Below, piece by piece: positions 17,660 to 27,608 of a DNA stretch of 64,000 nt. This stretch comes from Acidimicrobiia bacterium (GTDB lineage Bacteria > Actinomycetota > Acidimicrobiia > Spongiisociales > UBA11373): assembly GCA_041572755.1 (NCBI GenBank), contig JBFFRY010000002.1:3901-67900 (forward strand), written 5' to 3'. The position numbers and the translations under genes are program-made. The notes beneath the pieces are model-generated. The model had not been told where the DNA came from. It did no database searches and saw only the letters and a list, made by a program, of their open reading frames with translations. The first letter of the stretch is position 1, and every line of letters begins with the position of its first letter.

Positions 17660-18376
17660 ATGTCAAAGGTCAAAGTCAGCGGCGAGTGGCCCGGCGCAAT
17701 CACCCTGCGCCGCGGGTGGGCGAGAGCCAACTCGCGACCCTGGAACGACACCGTGCTGCTGGCCCACCTGCGGATGCTGCGCGGCAGCGCCGCCTTCATC
17801 GAGGATTGCGTCGACACCTTGAAGGAACTGGGCGCTCCCGGTGTGCTCTCACCCCCGCTTCCGCAGGCCGCGCAACGAATCTGGAAGGAAGCCAACTTCG
17901 TCCATCACGCCGATCTGCTCCTGTTGCGGCTCGATCTGGACAGGGTCCCTCCGCCGAGTCACCTCGTCGTCACGGGGAGCACTTCGGATCTCCGGGAAGC
18001 CCTTCGCATCGATTCCGCTGCATTCGATGAGTTCTGGCGTTTCGATCGGTCGGCCATGCTCGAAGCGCTCGATTCGACCCGCACGTCGGTGATCCACGTG
18101 GTACGGAACGCCTCCGGTGGCCTGGCGGGGTTTGCGATCACCGGAGTCGGGGTGACCCTGGCCTACCTCCAGCGGGTCGCCGTCGATCCCGCCAACCAGG
18201 GCCGGGGCATCGGTCGCTCCCTCGTGCGGACCTCGGCACGATGGGCGCAGCGCAAGGGGGCCCACGCCCTGATGCTCAACACCCAGACCGACAACGAGCC
18301 CGCCCTCCAACTGTATGCGTCCGAGGGGTTTCGCACGCTCGACGAGCCGCTCGCTGTGCTTCGCGACACCGCCTGA
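17660..18376 (+). CDS. GNAT family N-acetyltransferase (the N-terminal ~110 aa are unassigned).
   Basis: C-terminal VAVDPANQGRGIGRSLV (acetyl-CoA binding Q/RxxGxG/A motif), LMLNTQTDNEPALQLYASEGF. Confidence 0.65.
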   Translation: MSKVKVSGEWPGAITLRRGWARANSRPWNDTVLLAHLRMLRGSAAFIEDCVDTLKELGAPGVLSPPLPQAAQRIWKEANFVHHADLLLLRLDLDRVPPPSHLVVTGSTSDLREALRIDSAAFDEFWRFDRSAMLEALDSTRTSVIHVVRNASGGLAGFAITGVGVTLAYLQRVAVDPANQGRGIGRSLVRTSARWAQRKGAHALMLNTQTDNEPALQLYASEGFRTLDEPLAVLRDTA

Positions 18377-18433
18377 CCGAGCGTCCGTCGATCCGGCCTG
18401 CCAGAGTGGGCCCCTCACCACGGAAGAGCCATC

Positions 18434-19264
18434 GTGATCAGGATCGTCACCGACTCGGCCTGCGACCTGCCGGAGCATTTGATCGAGCAACACCGGATCA
18501 CGGTCGTTCCTCTCACCATCCGGTTCGGTCCCGAGGAGTTCGCCGATCGGGAGGAACTCACCAACGAGCGCTTCTGGGAGCGGTTGACGACCGGCGAAGT
18601 CACCCCTGAGACGGCGGCGCCGTCGGTGGGACGATTCGAGTCCGCGTTCCGGCGCCTGGCCGAAGAAGGCGCGTCCGGCATCCTCACGATCTGTATCTCC
18701 TCGGAGGTCAGCGCCACCCATCAGTCTGCGGTCCTCGCCGCCGACGCATTCGAATCGGTGCCGGTTCGCGTCATCGACAGCCGACTCGTGTCGGCGGCCC
18801 TCGGACTGGCCGTCATCGAGGCGAGTGAGGCCGCTGCCGACGGCGGAACGATCGAAACGGTGGCCGCCGCCGCCAAAGAGGCCTCCGCGGCAACCCGTCT
18901 CTTGGCCGCTCTCGACACGCTCGAGTATCTCCGCCGTGGCGGTCGAATCGGGTCAGCGGCCGCCTTCTTCGGCGGTCTCCTCGACGTGAAGCCGCTCATC
19001 TCCTTCACCGACGGCGTGGTGACTGCGGCGGGCCGAGTGCGCACTCACCGCAAGGCGGTCGATGCCGTGGTCCAGCACGTCGCCGAGGTCGCCGACGGCA
19101 TCGCCTCGCTCGGCGTGATCCACTCCGACCCACCGGACCTCGATGCCTTCGTGGGGAAGGTCACGGCGGTCACAGGCCGAGAGCCGATTCTGTCGCGTCT
19201 CGGGCCGACGGTGGGCACCCACGTCGGGCCCGGCGCCGTCGGGGTGGTCTATCGCCTCGCCTGA
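18434..19264 (+). CDS. DegV family fatty-acid-binding protein.
   Basis: MIRIVTDSACDLP...ITVVPLT, SSEVSATHQSA, LEYLRRGGRIG. DegV/EDD fold signatures. Confidence 0.85.
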   Translation: MIRIVTDSACDLPEHLIEQHRITVVPLTIRFGPEEFADREELTNERFWERLTTGEVTPETAAPSVGRFESAFRRLAEEGASGILTICISSEVSATHQSAVLAADAFESVPVRVIDSRLVSAALGLAVIEASEAAADGGTIETVAAAAKEASAATRLLAALDTLEYLRRGGRIGSAAAFFGGLLDVKPLISFTDGVVTAAGRVRTHRKAVDAVVQHVAEVADGIASLGVIHSDPPDLDAFVGKVTAVTGREPILSRLGPTVGTHVGPGAVGVVYRLA

Positions 19265-19289
19265 ACGTCCTGAGGTGTAAGTTGCCTCC

Positions 19290-19871
19290 GTGACCGATCG
19301 CGCCGATCAGGATGCGCTCCTCGTCGAAAGGTATCTTCGCGGCGACGTTGCTGCGTTCGACGACTTGATGCTGGCGCATCAGGACCGGGTATTTGGGATT
19401 TGCCTCCGCATGCTCCGGGATCGCGAAGCGGCGCTCGATGCGGTCCAAGAGACGTTCATCACGGTCTTTCGCAAGGCGAATCAGTTCGCCGGTCGTTCTG
19501 CTTTCAGCACCTGGCTCTACCGGGTGGCGGTGAACACGTGTCACGACGCAGCCCGCCGTGGACTCCGTCGCCGAACCGAGCCGCTCCCCGAGACCAACGA
19601 TCCCCCGGACACCGCCGCCGGCGATCTCCTGGCATCGGTCGAGCTTCGGCCCGACATCGAGCGGGCACTCGACGCTCTCCCGGCTGAGTTTCGCACCGCC
19701 GTGGTTCTCGCCGACGTCGAGGGGCTCGCCCTCCAGACGGTGTCGGAGATCCTCGGCGTTCCCATCGGAACCGTGAAGTCTCGCGTCTTTCGCGGACGGA
19801 GACTTCTCGCCGAGCAGCTCGGGAACCTGCAGGCACCCTCAGACCCTCCAACAGAAGAGCACCATGCATAG
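19290..19871 (+). CDS. ECF (sigma-70 family group 4) RNA polymerase sigma factor; GTG start.
   Basis: Region 2 (FDDLMLAHQDRVFGICLRML, ETFITVFRK) and region 4 (TVKSRVFRGRRLL). Occupies the SigM position in the conserved origin-proximal block. Confidence 0.85.
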   Translation: MTDRADQDALLVERYLRGDVAAFDDLMLAHQDRVFGICLRMLRDREAALDAVQETFITVFRKANQFAGRSAFSTWLYRVAVNTCHDAARRGLRRRTEPLPETNDPPDTAAGDLLASVELRPDIERALDALPAEFRTAVVLADVEGLALQTVSEILGVPIGTVKSRVFRGRRLLAEQLGNLQAPSDPPTEEHHA

Positions 19872-20676
19872 TCACGATCTCGATCTCATCGCCGCCCTCG
19901 CCGAAGGCACGCTCGAGGCGAACGCGGCTGCATCCGCGGAGGCGGAGATCAACGCCTGTGCCCGTTGCTCGGCCGATCTGGCGGGGCATCGTACGGCGCT
20001 TGCGGCCATTGCCTCCGCCACGCCACTGGCCCTCACGGAACACGAGGCATCGACACTGCGCGCCGCAGTCGCCGATGCGATCGGTCTCGCCGCAGTTGCA
20101 GCTTCTTCACCGCCCCCGAAGCGGCGTATCCCCTGGGGCGCCATCGCCCTGGCCGGAGCCTCCCTGGCGGCCATCGTGGCCGCGGTTCCCTTGCTCGGGC
20201 TGCTCTCCACATCCGGAGACGGCGACACAGCGACCGACATCGTGGCCGCCACTCTCGAACCGGAACCCGAGCACCGTCTCGAGGCCGTCGAGGGATCACC
20301 CGGCGACGACTTCGACGCCGCGCCGGAGCCGGCCGAAGCCGTAGACGAGGGGGTGGCGGCCGCCCCCACCACGACTACCACTCCCACCACGACCATCGCC
20401 GCCGAGGAGATCGCCGCCGGTCGTGATCTGATGGCGCTCTGGGAGTCTCCGGGGGACCTCGAGACGACCCTGGAGGACCAATCCACGATCGAACGCGACG
20501 CTCAAGCGTGTGCCGACGCCGCACTCGAGATCTTGGGGCCGGACATGAAGTTCGTCGCCGGGCCGGTGATGTATGCCGAGATGCCCGTGGTGGCCTTCAT
20601 GGCAGATGTCGAGGGCACCGATCGCCTGGTCGCCTTCAATCCCGACGATTGCTCCCTGGTCCTCGTGCTCCCCTGA
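19864..20676 (+). CDS. Putative membrane-spanning anti-sigma factor (8-nt overlap with the sigma gene).
   Basis: Translationally coupled to the ECF sigma. N-terminal cytoplasmic segment with Cys pair (ACARCS). One TM (IALAGASLAAIVAAVPLLGLL). Extracytoplasmic C-domain. Confidence 0.55.
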   Translation: MHSHDLDLIAALAEGTLEANAAASAEAEINACARCSADLAGHRTALAAIASATPLALTEHEASTLRAAVADAIGLAAVAASSPPPKRRIPWGAIALAGASLAAIVAAVPLLGLLSTSGDGDTATDIVAATLEPEPEHRLEAVEGSPGDDFDAAPEPAEAVDEGVAAAPTTTTTPTTTIAAEEIAAGRDLMALWESPGDLETTLEDQSTIERDAQACADAALEILGPDMKFVAGPVMYAEMPVVAFMADVEGTDRLVAFNPDDCSLVLVLP

Positions 20677-20712
20677 GCGGGGACCCCGGACCGCCCGACT
20701 AACCTCCCCTCC

Positions 20713-21021
20713 GTGGAGGACTTGCCGACTCGCATTCCCGATTTCCTCGAGCGGGCAACCGAGCGCGTCCGTTCGATGACCGTCGATCGGGTGGCCCGAT
20801 TCATCAAGATCGCCACGCTCGGGATGGTGGCCGCGATGCTCGTACTCGTCGCCATTATCTTCTTCTTCATCGGCGTGTTCCGCATCCTCGGTGAACTGGT
20901 CGGCGACATGGAACTCGCCTACGCAATCGTTGGGGGATTATTCCTCTTGCTCGGAGCGTTCCTCTGGTTGATGAGGACCAGGACCGACAAGACCGAGGAG
21001 ACGGAGTGGCCGAGCGAGTAG
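20713..21021 (+). CDS. Small membrane protein (2 predicted TM helices), unknown function.
   Basis: 102 aa with hydrophobic segments [21 protein letters not shown] and [16 protein letters not shown]. Its 3' end overlaps the trxB GTG start. Confidence 0.45.
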   Translation: MEDLPTRIPDFLERATERVRSMTVDRVARFIKIATLGMVAAMLVLVAIIFFFIGVFRILGELVGDMELAYAIVGGLFLLLGAFLWLMRTRTDKTEETEWPSE

Positions 21022-21923
21022 TCATCATCGGTTCGGGCCCGGCCGGTTTGACCGCCGCCATCTACGCCGCCCGAGCCGATCTAGGCCCGGTCGTGATCGA
21101 AGGTTCCGCCCCGGGAGGGCAGCTGATGTTGACGACCGAGGTCGAAAACTACCCCGGGTTCCCCGACGGGATCATGGGGCCGGAGATGATGGAGCTCTTC
21201 CGGAAGCAAGCCGAGCGTTTTGAGGCTCGCTTCGTCACCAGCGACGTGACGTCCGTCGACTTCTCCTCTCGGCCTTTCTCGATCGCAGTCGGAGACGATG
21301 AGTTCTCCGCCGAGTCGGTCATCATCTCGACCGGCGCCTCGGCGCGGTGGCTGGGAGTGCCGGGCGAGGAACGGCTCCGCGGCTACGGTGTCTCCGCCTG
21401 CGCCACCTGCGACGGCTTCTTCTTCAAGGACCGCGCGATCGTGGTGGTCGGCGGGGGGGATACCGCGATGGAGGAGGCGCTCTTCCTCACGAAGTTCGCC
21501 TCCAACGTCACGATCATCCATCGACGCGACGAGTTCCGCGCCTCGAAGATCATGGCCACCCGGGCTCTCGACCACCCCAAGATCGACGTGCGGTGGAACG
21601 CGGTCGTCGAGGAGGTCCTCGGCGACGATGGGGTCACGGGCGTGAGGATCCGCGACGTGGTGACGGGCGAGGAAGAGGAGCTCCCGGCCGAAGGGATGTT
21701 CGTTGCCATCGGCCACGACCCTAATACCAAACTCTTCCAGGACCAGCTGGTGGTCACCGACCTGGGCTACCTGCAGACATTCGAGAACACCGCCACCTCG
21801 GTTCCCGGCGTGTTCGCCGCAGGTGACGTCGTCGACTACACGTATCGGCAAGCGGTCACCGCCGCCGGCATGGGATGTCAAGCCGCCATCGATGCCGAGC
21901 GGTGGTTGGAGAGTCAGGAATGA
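21006..21923 (+). CDS. trxB: Thioredoxin-disulfide reductase; GTG start.
   Basis: [19 protein letters not shown] (FAD), CATCDG redox centre, [13 protein letters not shown] (NADPH), GDV...AAG. Confidence 0.95.
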   Translation: MAERVVIIGSGPAGLTAAIYAARADLGPVVIEGSAPGGQLMLTTEVENYPGFPDGIMGPEMMELFRKQAERFEARFVTSDVTSVDFSSRPFSIAVGDDEFSAESVIISTGASARWLGVPGEERLRGYGVSACATCDGFFFKDRAIVVVGGGDTAMEEALFLTKFASNVTIIHRRDEFRASKIMATRALDHPKIDVRWNAVVEEVLGDDGVTGVRIRDVVTGEEEELPAEGMFVAIGHDPNTKLFQDQLVVTDLGYLQTFENTATSVPGVFAAGDVVDYTYRQAVTAAGMGCQAAIDAERWLESQE

Positions 21924-21956
21924 CGGCCGACGGGTCGTCGCAGAGAAGGAGGTGAA

Positions 21957-21973
21957 GGCCGCCGCCGGCGGCC
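21957..21973 (+). promoter_or_regulatory. GC hairpin (GGCCGCCG c CGGCGGCC) lying between a strong SD (GAAGGAGGTG, 21945-21954) and the trxA ATG (21981).
   Basis: Perfect inverted repeat read directly from the sequence. The SD-to-ATG distance is ~26 nt unless the hairpin folds. Confidence 0.3.
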
Positions 21974-21980
21974 TCATGAC

Positions 21981-22307
21981 ATGGCCGACAACATGATCAC
22001 CGCAACCGATCAGAGCTTTTCCGACCTGATCTCGGATGAGAAGCCCGTGCTGGTCGACTTCTGGGCCGAGTGGTGCGGTCCATGCCGCATGGTCGCCCCC
22101 ATCCTCGAGGAGATGGCGTCGGAGTACGCCGATCGGCTGACGATCGCCAAGCTGAATGTCGATGAGAACCCCCAGACTGCGATGTCCTACGACGTGATGA
22201 GCATCCCCACGATGATCCTCTACCAGGGAGGCGCCGAGAAGAAGCGCATCGTCGGCGCCCGACCCAAGCATGCTCTCGTCGCCGAACTGGGCGAGTTCCT
22301 GAGCTGA
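21981..22307 (+). CDS. trxA: Thioredoxin.
   Basis: WCGPC active site, 108 aa. Confidence 0.95.
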   Translation: MADNMITATDQSFSDLISDEKPVLVDFWAEWCGPCRMVAPILEEMASEYADRLTIAKLNVDENPQTAMSYDVMSIPTMILYQGGAEKKRIVGARPKHALVAELGEFLS

Positions 22308-22317
22308 ATCTGCCACG

Positions 22318-23286
22318 ATGGGACCCCTCGTGGCGCTCTACCGGAACGGTGATTCCGGGGAGCCGGTCCGCGATATCCAGGACCGGCTCTCCGCATTGGG
22401 GTTCTCCACGGAACCCGACGCGCCCGGTGTCTTCGGTGATGGGACGACGGCGGCCGTCCAAGCCTTCCAGCGGTCCCGCAATCTGACCGCCGATGGGTTG
22501 GTGGGCGAGGAGACTTGGCGCACCTTGGTCGACGCCGGCTTCCGCCTCGGCGACCGCCTCTTGTACTACCGGCTGCCCATGCTGCACGGGGACGACGTGG
22601 CCACGCTCCAGCAGGACCTGAACGCACTCGGCTTCGATGCGGGAATCGTCGACGGCATCTTCGGCCCCCACACGCTCCAGGCCCTGCTCGACTTCCAACA
22701 GAATCGTGAGATGGCCGAGGACGGGGTGGCGGGAACGCGCATCATCTCCGAACTCTCTTTGATGGTGCGGGCGACCCGCAAGATGGGTCGGCACGTCGTT
22801 CGGGAACGCGAGTGGCTCCGCCGGCTTCCCGGCAACGTGGCCGGACAGCGGATCTTCGTCGACCCTTTCTGTCGGGACGACCACGAGGCCGAAACGGCCT
22901 GGGACGCCGCCGGGGCGGCGGTGACCGTGCTCGCCGGCCTCGGGGCACATCCGGTCCTGTCACGCAGCGCAGACACCCGGCCCCCGGAACGACATCGGGC
23001 CCAGCACGCCAACGAGGTCGCCGCCGACATGGTGATCTCGTTTGCGCTCCCCCGTACCGACGTCCCCGGCGTCTTCTTCTTCGCCTCGACGCTCAGTCGG
23101 AGCGAGGCGGGCGAGGAGCTGGCCACCGAGATCGCCGGCCGTCTCGGGCTGCCACCGATTGGTCGCAGCATGCCCATTCTGCAGGGGACCCGGGCTCCGG
23201 CGATCGTGGTGGCCGTGCCCCGACTCGATGCTGCGTTGGGGGCTGCGGTGGCAAACGGCCTCCAGGCGTGGCTCGCCGACCGCTGA
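22318..23286 (+). CDS. cwlM: CwlM-like N-acetylmuramoyl-L-alanine amidase homolog (two PG-binding repeats plus an Amidase_3-like domain).
   Basis: Two PG_binding_1-like repeats (GDSGEPVRDIQDRLSALGF.., GDDVATLQQDLNALGF..) followed by an amidase_3-like domain. Position after trxA matches Mycobacterium cwlM (Rv3915). Confidence 0.8.
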   Translation: MGPLVALYRNGDSGEPVRDIQDRLSALGFSTEPDAPGVFGDGTTAAVQAFQRSRNLTADGLVGEETWRTLVDAGFRLGDRLLYYRLPMLHGDDVATLQQDLNALGFDAGIVDGIFGPHTLQALLDFQQNREMAEDGVAGTRIISELSLMVRATRKMGRHVVREREWLRRLPGNVAGQRIFVDPFCRDDHEAETAWDAAGAAVTVLAGLGAHPVLSRSADTRPPERHRAQHANEVAADMVISFALPRTDVPGVFFFASTLSRSEAGEELATEIAGRLGLPPIGRSMPILQGTRAPAIVVAVPRLDAALGAAVANGLQAWLADR

Positions 23287-24141
23287 TCACTCGGCAGCAA
23301 GCGCCCGATAGATCCGTTCCAAATCGTCGAGGCTGCCGAAACGAATCGAGAGGCGACCGCCTCCCCGTCGCCCGTAGTCGATGCGAACGGCGCTCCCGAG
23401 GCGATCGGCCAAGCGCTCTTCGAGGGCGATGATCTCGGCGGGGCGCTCCCGGCGGCTCTTGCGTGCCGGCGTTGGCTGCCCCGACCTGGCTCTCACAGCT
23501 TCTTCGACACGACGCACCGGCCACCCTTCTTCGGCGGCGCGTTTGGCAATGTGCTCGGCATACCGGGCATCCTCCAACCCCAGAAGCGGCCGACAGTGTC
23601 CGGCGCTCAACTCCCCCGACTCGAGCAACCGCTGGATCGTTGCCGGCAGCGCCAACAACCGGAGTGTGTTCGACACCGCACTACGACTCTTCCCGACCCG
23701 TTCGGCGATCGCCTCGTGCGTCATGCCAAAATCTTCCATGAGTTGCCGGTATGCGGCGGCCTCCTCGAGTGGGGTGAGGTCCTCCCGCTGCAGATTCTCG
23801 ACCAGGGCCTCGGTCAATCCCGACTCGTCGTCTCCCTGACGGATGATCGCCGGAATCTCGGTGAGGCCGACGAGGCGTGCGGCCCGCCAGCGCCGCTCTC
23901 CCGCCACCAGTCGATAGCTGCCCGGGGTGTCCGCTTCCCGAACCACGATGGGTTGCAGCACTCCGACCTGGCGAATCGACTCCGCCAACCCCTCGAGGGG
24001 CTCCTCTTCGAAGAGGGACCGGGGTTGTTGCGGGTTGGCAGTGATGTCGTCGATCGGTATGACGGCGAAGCCGGACTCTCCCCGCTCGGCCGGAAGCAGG
24101 GCATCGAGACCCCGACCCAACCCGGACTTACGCGCGCCCAT
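23287..24141 (-). CDS. parB: Chromosome partitioning protein ParB. The start was re-assigned to the ATG at 24141 (MGARKSGLGRGLDALL); the ORF-track start at 24225 gives a 28-aa extension.
   Basis: GLGRGLDAL, the ParB box IVVREADTPGSYRLVAGERRWRAA, and an HTH. 14-nt overlap with the parA stop. Confidence 0.9.
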   Translation of the reverse strand: MGARKSGLGRGLDALLPAERGESGFAVIPIDDITANPQQPRSLFEEEPLEGLAESIRQVGVLQPIVVREADTPGSYRLVAGERRWRAARLVGLTEIPAIIRQGDDESGLTEALVENLQREDLTPLEEAAAYRQLMEDFGMTHEAIAERVGKSRSAVSNTLRLLALPATIQRLLESGELSAGHCRPLLGLEDARYAEHIAKRAAEEGWPVRRVEEAVRARSGQPTPARKSRRERPAEIIALEERLADRLGSAVRIDYGRRGGGRLSIRFGSLDDLERIYRALAAE

Positions 24142-24913
24142 GTCTCCTCCTGAATTCGTCGGCGAGGGTCCGGTAGGCGATCGCCCCCCGGCTCGCCGGA
24201 TCAAACGACTCGATGGGCTCCCCAAACGAGGGGGCTTCCGCCAGTCGCACCGTACGGGGGATCACCGTCTTGTAAGCCTTGTCTCCGAAATGTTCCCGGA
24301 CCTGGAGCGCCACATCGGCCGCCAGGGTGGTGCGGCGATCGTACATAGTCAGCACGATACCCTCGATCTCCAGTGGAGGATTAAGGTTTTGCTGGATCAA
24401 GCCGATGTTGCGCAGCAGCTGGCTCAATCCTTCCAGGGCGTAGTACTCACACTGAATCGGTATCAACACTTCCCGGGCGGCGGTGAGCGCGTTGACGGTG
24501 ATCAACCCCAACGACGGAGGACAATCGATGAAGATGGCATCGAAGCGGCGGTCCAGGTCGGCAAACGCCCGTTCCAGTCGGCGCTCCCGCGACATCTGAT
24601 TGACCAACTCGATCTCGGCGCCGGCCAGGTCGATCGAGGAGGGGACCACAAAGAGGTCGCGCACGCTGGTGGGCTCGATGGCATCCTCGATGGGGACCTC
24701 GCCGACGATGACGTCGTACACCGAGGCCCGCACCCCGCCATGCTCTATACCGAGACCGGAAGTGGCGTTGGCCTGCGGGTCGGCATCGACGATGAGCACC
24801 CTTTCCCCCTGAAAGGCCAGGGCTGCTCCGAGATTGATGGCGGTGGTCGACTTGCCCACGCCGCCTTTCTGATTGGCGACGGCGACCACCAGTGAGCCGG
24901 ACGTGTCAAACAC
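24128..24913 (-). CDS. parA: Chromosome partitioning ATPase ParA (Soj); GTG start.
   Basis: Deviant Walker A ANQKGGVGKSTTAINLGAALA, DADPQANAT. Confidence 0.9.
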   Translation of the reverse strand: MFDTSGSLVVAVANQKGGVGKSTTAINLGAALAFQGERVLIVDADPQANATSGLGIEHGGVRASVYDVIVGEVPIEDAIEPTSVRDLFVVPSSIDLAGAEIELVNQMSRERRLERAFADLDRRFDAIFIDCPPSLGLITVNALTAAREVLIPIQCEYYALEGLSQLLRNIGLIQQNLNPPLEIEGIVLTMYDRRTTLAADVALQVREHFGDKAYKTVIPRTVRLAEAPSFGEPIESFDPASRGAIAYRTLADEFRRRHGRA

Positions 24914-25548
24914 TAGGAGCGCATGATAAGCAGCCAGGAGGGTCCGTCAAGGACCTCTTCGGGCACCCGACGTAACTCGGCCTCCAGGCCCAACGTCTCG
25001 GCCAACACCGTCAGCTCGGTGGCCCGGGTAGGGCGCTCCGATCGGCGGCTCACCCCCAACACCGCCGTACCCCCGGGGAGCAACAAGCGGGCAGTGAGGG
25101 CCACCGCTTCCGGGGCCCGTACCGAGCCCCGATAGGTGATCCCAGCCCATTCGTCGGCGACGGCGAACACGTCGCCCTGGGCGATCACCACATTGTCGAG
25201 CGCCAACATGCGCACCACCCGACGGAGGAGTCTGATTCTCCGGCCCCCCCGATCGAGGAGGGTGATCCGAGTGGCGGGCCACAGGATGGCCAGAGGGATC
25301 CCGGGAAGGCCCACCCCCGTTCCCACGTCGAGAATCTCCTCGGGGGGTTCCGGCCATCCGGTGGCGAAGGTGAGCGAGTCGCCCACATGGCGGGCTTCCA
25401 AGCGATCCCCCTCCCGAGGTCCCAACCCTCCGGCGGGGATGGCTTCGCAGCGCAGCCAATCGGCGTACTCGTCGAGAAGGTTGCGTTGTCGGGGCAGAAG
25501 AGGGTAACCGCTCCACTCAGCCGCCCGGTCGGCGGCCGTTGGCGTCAT
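24913..25548 (-). CDS. rsmG: 16S rRNA (guanine527-N7)-methyltransferase RsmG (GidB).
   Basis: ILDVGTGVGLPGIPLAI SAM motif, conserved position next to parA, 211 aa. Confidence 0.9.
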   Translation of the reverse strand: MTPTAADRAAEWSGYPLLPRQRNLLDEYADWLRCEAIPAGGLGPREGDRLEARHVGDSLTFATGWPEPPEEILDVGTGVGLPGIPLAILWPATRITLLDRGGRRIRLLRRVVRMLALDNVVIAQGDVFAVADEWAGITYRGSVRAPEAVALTARLLLPGGTAVLGVSRRSERPTRATELTVLAETLGLEAELRRVPEEVLDGPSWLLIMRS

Positions 25549-25588
25549 CGGGGTCGGCCCTGTTTCACGTGAAACAAGCGGGTCACCG

Positions 25589-26482
25589 CTATGCCTCGGC
25601 GGACACCACCACGGATCGCTCCGGTTCTTCGCCCTCGGAGTAGGAACGAACCCCGTCGATCTCGGCGACGGCGTCGTGGACCACCTTGCGGTCGGCGGGA
25701 TTCATCGGCTCCAGCATCACCTCGCCCCCATCGGCGAGAACCTGCTCGGCCAAGCGGGCCACGTAGATCCGCAACGCCTCTCGGCGGCGCTCGGCGTAGC
25801 CCCCGATGTCGAGGCGAAGTCGGGCGCCGGCTTGGGTCTTGCGGTGCACCACCGTCCGGGTCAGTTCCAGCAGCGCCTGCATCACCGAACCCTTAGGGCC
25901 GATGAGCGCCTCGCACTGATCCCCGGTCAACTCGACGTAGATAACATCCTCATCGACCCGGGTCTCAACGCCCCCCTCGAGCCCAAAGGCGTCGAGGAGG
26001 CCCTCGAGGAACTCCCTCACCACCTGTGCCTGCTCCTCGATCTCGACCGTCACCGCCGTCTCCTTCTTCTGTCGCACTCCTGCACCCTGGGAAGTCCGCT
26101 TCGGTCTCGGCTGCGATTGGGGCGGTCCCGCCGACCGAGTACCCCCGCCGGTATCCCGGCGAGTCTTTCCCCTTCCCCGCTGATCGGTACCTCGGCCCTT
26201 GCCGGAGCGGCGCTCGCCACCCTTGCCGCCCCGGGGCGACTCCCCTTTGTCGGAGCGGTCGTCGTCACCCTTGCCCCGGCCCCGCCGACGCCGCCGGCGG
26301 CGCTTGGGCTTGGCCTTGACCCGAACCAGGGCGCTGCGGCCGCCCATCCCGAGGAACCCTCCCTGGCGCTCCCGCAAGACTTCGATCTCGGCCGCCTCCG
26401 GGGAATCCAGCCCCAGCTCGGCGAGACCCGCTGCCACTGCGTCCTTGACCGTGCGGCCTTCGACCTCCACCCATTCCGTCAT
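25589..26482 (-). CDS. jag: Jag/KhpB-like RNA-binding protein (Jag_N, basic linker, KH and R3H domains).
   Basis: N-terminal Jag_N, Lys/Arg-rich low-complexity linker, C-terminal KH (LIGPKGSVMQAL) and R3H (MNPADRKVVHDAVAEIDGVRSYSEGEEPERSVVV). Confidence 0.85.
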   Translation of the reverse strand: MTEWVEVEGRTVKDAVAAGLAELGLDSPEAAEIEVLRERQGGFLGMGGRSALVRVKAKPKRRRRRRRGRGKGDDDRSDKGESPRGGKGGERRSGKGRGTDQRGRGKTRRDTGGGTRSAGPPQSQPRPKRTSQGAGVRQKKETAVTVEIEEQAQVVREFLEGLLDAFGLEGGVETRVDEDVIYVELTGDQCEALIGPKGSVMQALLELTRTVVHRKTQAGARLRLDIGGYAERRREALRIYVARLAEQVLADGGEVMLEPMNPADRKVVHDAVAEIDGVRSYSEGEEPERSVVVSAEA

Positions 26483-27345
26483 CGCCTTCTCCGCTTCTTG
26501 CCCCGCTTCTTCTTGGACCCCTGTGGCCGGCGTTGTCCGGTGGGACGGGCCGGCGGGGTGGTCGGCTTCGGTTCAGGATCCGGCTGGGAGACCTCGGGTC
26601 GGGTCGGCTCGGCGGCCGCTCTCCGATCATCGAGGTTGAGAATCAGTGCTTGCTGCCCGATTCGGAAGATCTGACTGGCGGCGAAATATACCACCAGACC
26701 GGCCGGCAGGGTGAACGAGATGAAGCCGAAGAAAAATGGAAAAATCTTCATGATGGCTTGGCCCGGCTGTTGTTGTTGGCCTTGCTGCTGGCTGCGCGCC
26801 ATCGTTTGTCGTTGCTGCCAGTAGGCGGTGGCCATGACCACGATAATGGTGATCAGGTAGGGAATGGCACTCACCATGCCGTCGTCTCCAAAGACCCGGG
26901 ACGGCGTTCGCGTCATGTCCATCCACAGGAAGTCGGTGTCTCGTACCACGAGCGCATCCGCCAGCCGACTTCCCTCGGGAACAAACCGTTCCGGGCTGGT
27001 GGCATCGGCAAACGACCGCAACACCTGGAACAGCGCAAACCAAATCGGCATCTGAAGCAGCAAGGGAAGACAACCGGCGGCGGGATTCACCCCCTTCTCC
27101 CGATAGAGCTCCATGGTCGCCTGCTGCAATGCCGGGCGATCGTGCTTGAGTTCCTTCTGCAGGCGCTTCAGCTCGGGCTGGATCTCCTGCATCGCCTTCA
27201 TCGACCGGGTCTGCTTCAACGTGAGGGGAAACATCACGATGCCCACCACGATGGTGAGCAGGATGATCGCCACCCCGAGGTTGGGAATCAGGTCGTAGAA
27301 GAACGACACGATGGTGCCGAGCAACTCGCGAAGTGCATCCCACAT
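26479..27345 (-). CDS. yidC: Membrane protein insertase YidC (short actinobacterial form).
   Basis: LKQTRSMKAMQEIQPELKRLQ, GCLPLLLQMPIWFALF, 288 aa. Confidence 0.9.
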   Translation of the reverse strand: MWDALRELLGTIVSFFYDLIPNLGVAIILLTIVVGIVMFPLTLKQTRSMKAMQEIQPELKRLQKELKHDRPALQQATMELYREKGVNPAAGCLPLLLQMPIWFALFQVLRSFADATSPERFVPEGSRLADALVVRDTDFLWMDMTRTPSRVFGDDGMVSAIPYLITIIVVMATAYWQQRQTMARSQQQGQQQQPGQAIMKIFPFFFGFISFTLPAGLVVYFAASQIFRIGQQALILNLDDRRAAAEPTRPEVSQPDPEPKPTTPPARPTGQRRPQGSKKKRGKKRRRR

Positions 27346-27603
27346 CTACTTGCCCTTCCTCGGTACGGGGTCGTAGCCGCCCTCCCGGAAGGGGTGGCAC
27401 CGACCGATCCGCCGCATCGCCAGCCACGAACCCCTCCAGGCGCCGTGTTCGCCGATCGCCTGGTAGGCGTACTCCGAGCAGGTCGGGAGGTAGCGGCACC
27501 GCCGGCCCATCACCGGCGACAGGACCTTGCGGTACCCGAGGATGCCGCGTTGCAGCCACCAGCCGGGTTGGTGCGCCCGCAGCGATGTCCTCGTCGTCTC
27601 CAC
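27346..27603 (-). CDS. yidD: Membrane protein insertion efficiency factor YidD.
   Basis: [15 protein letters not shown]...[15 protein letters not shown]. Canonical YidD motifs. Confidence 0.9.
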   Translation of the reverse strand: METTRTSLRAHQPGWWLQRGILGYRKVLSPVMGRRCRYLPTCSEYAYQAIGEHGAWRGSWLAMRRIGRCHPFREGGYDPVPRKGK

Positions 27604-27608
27604 CTGGC

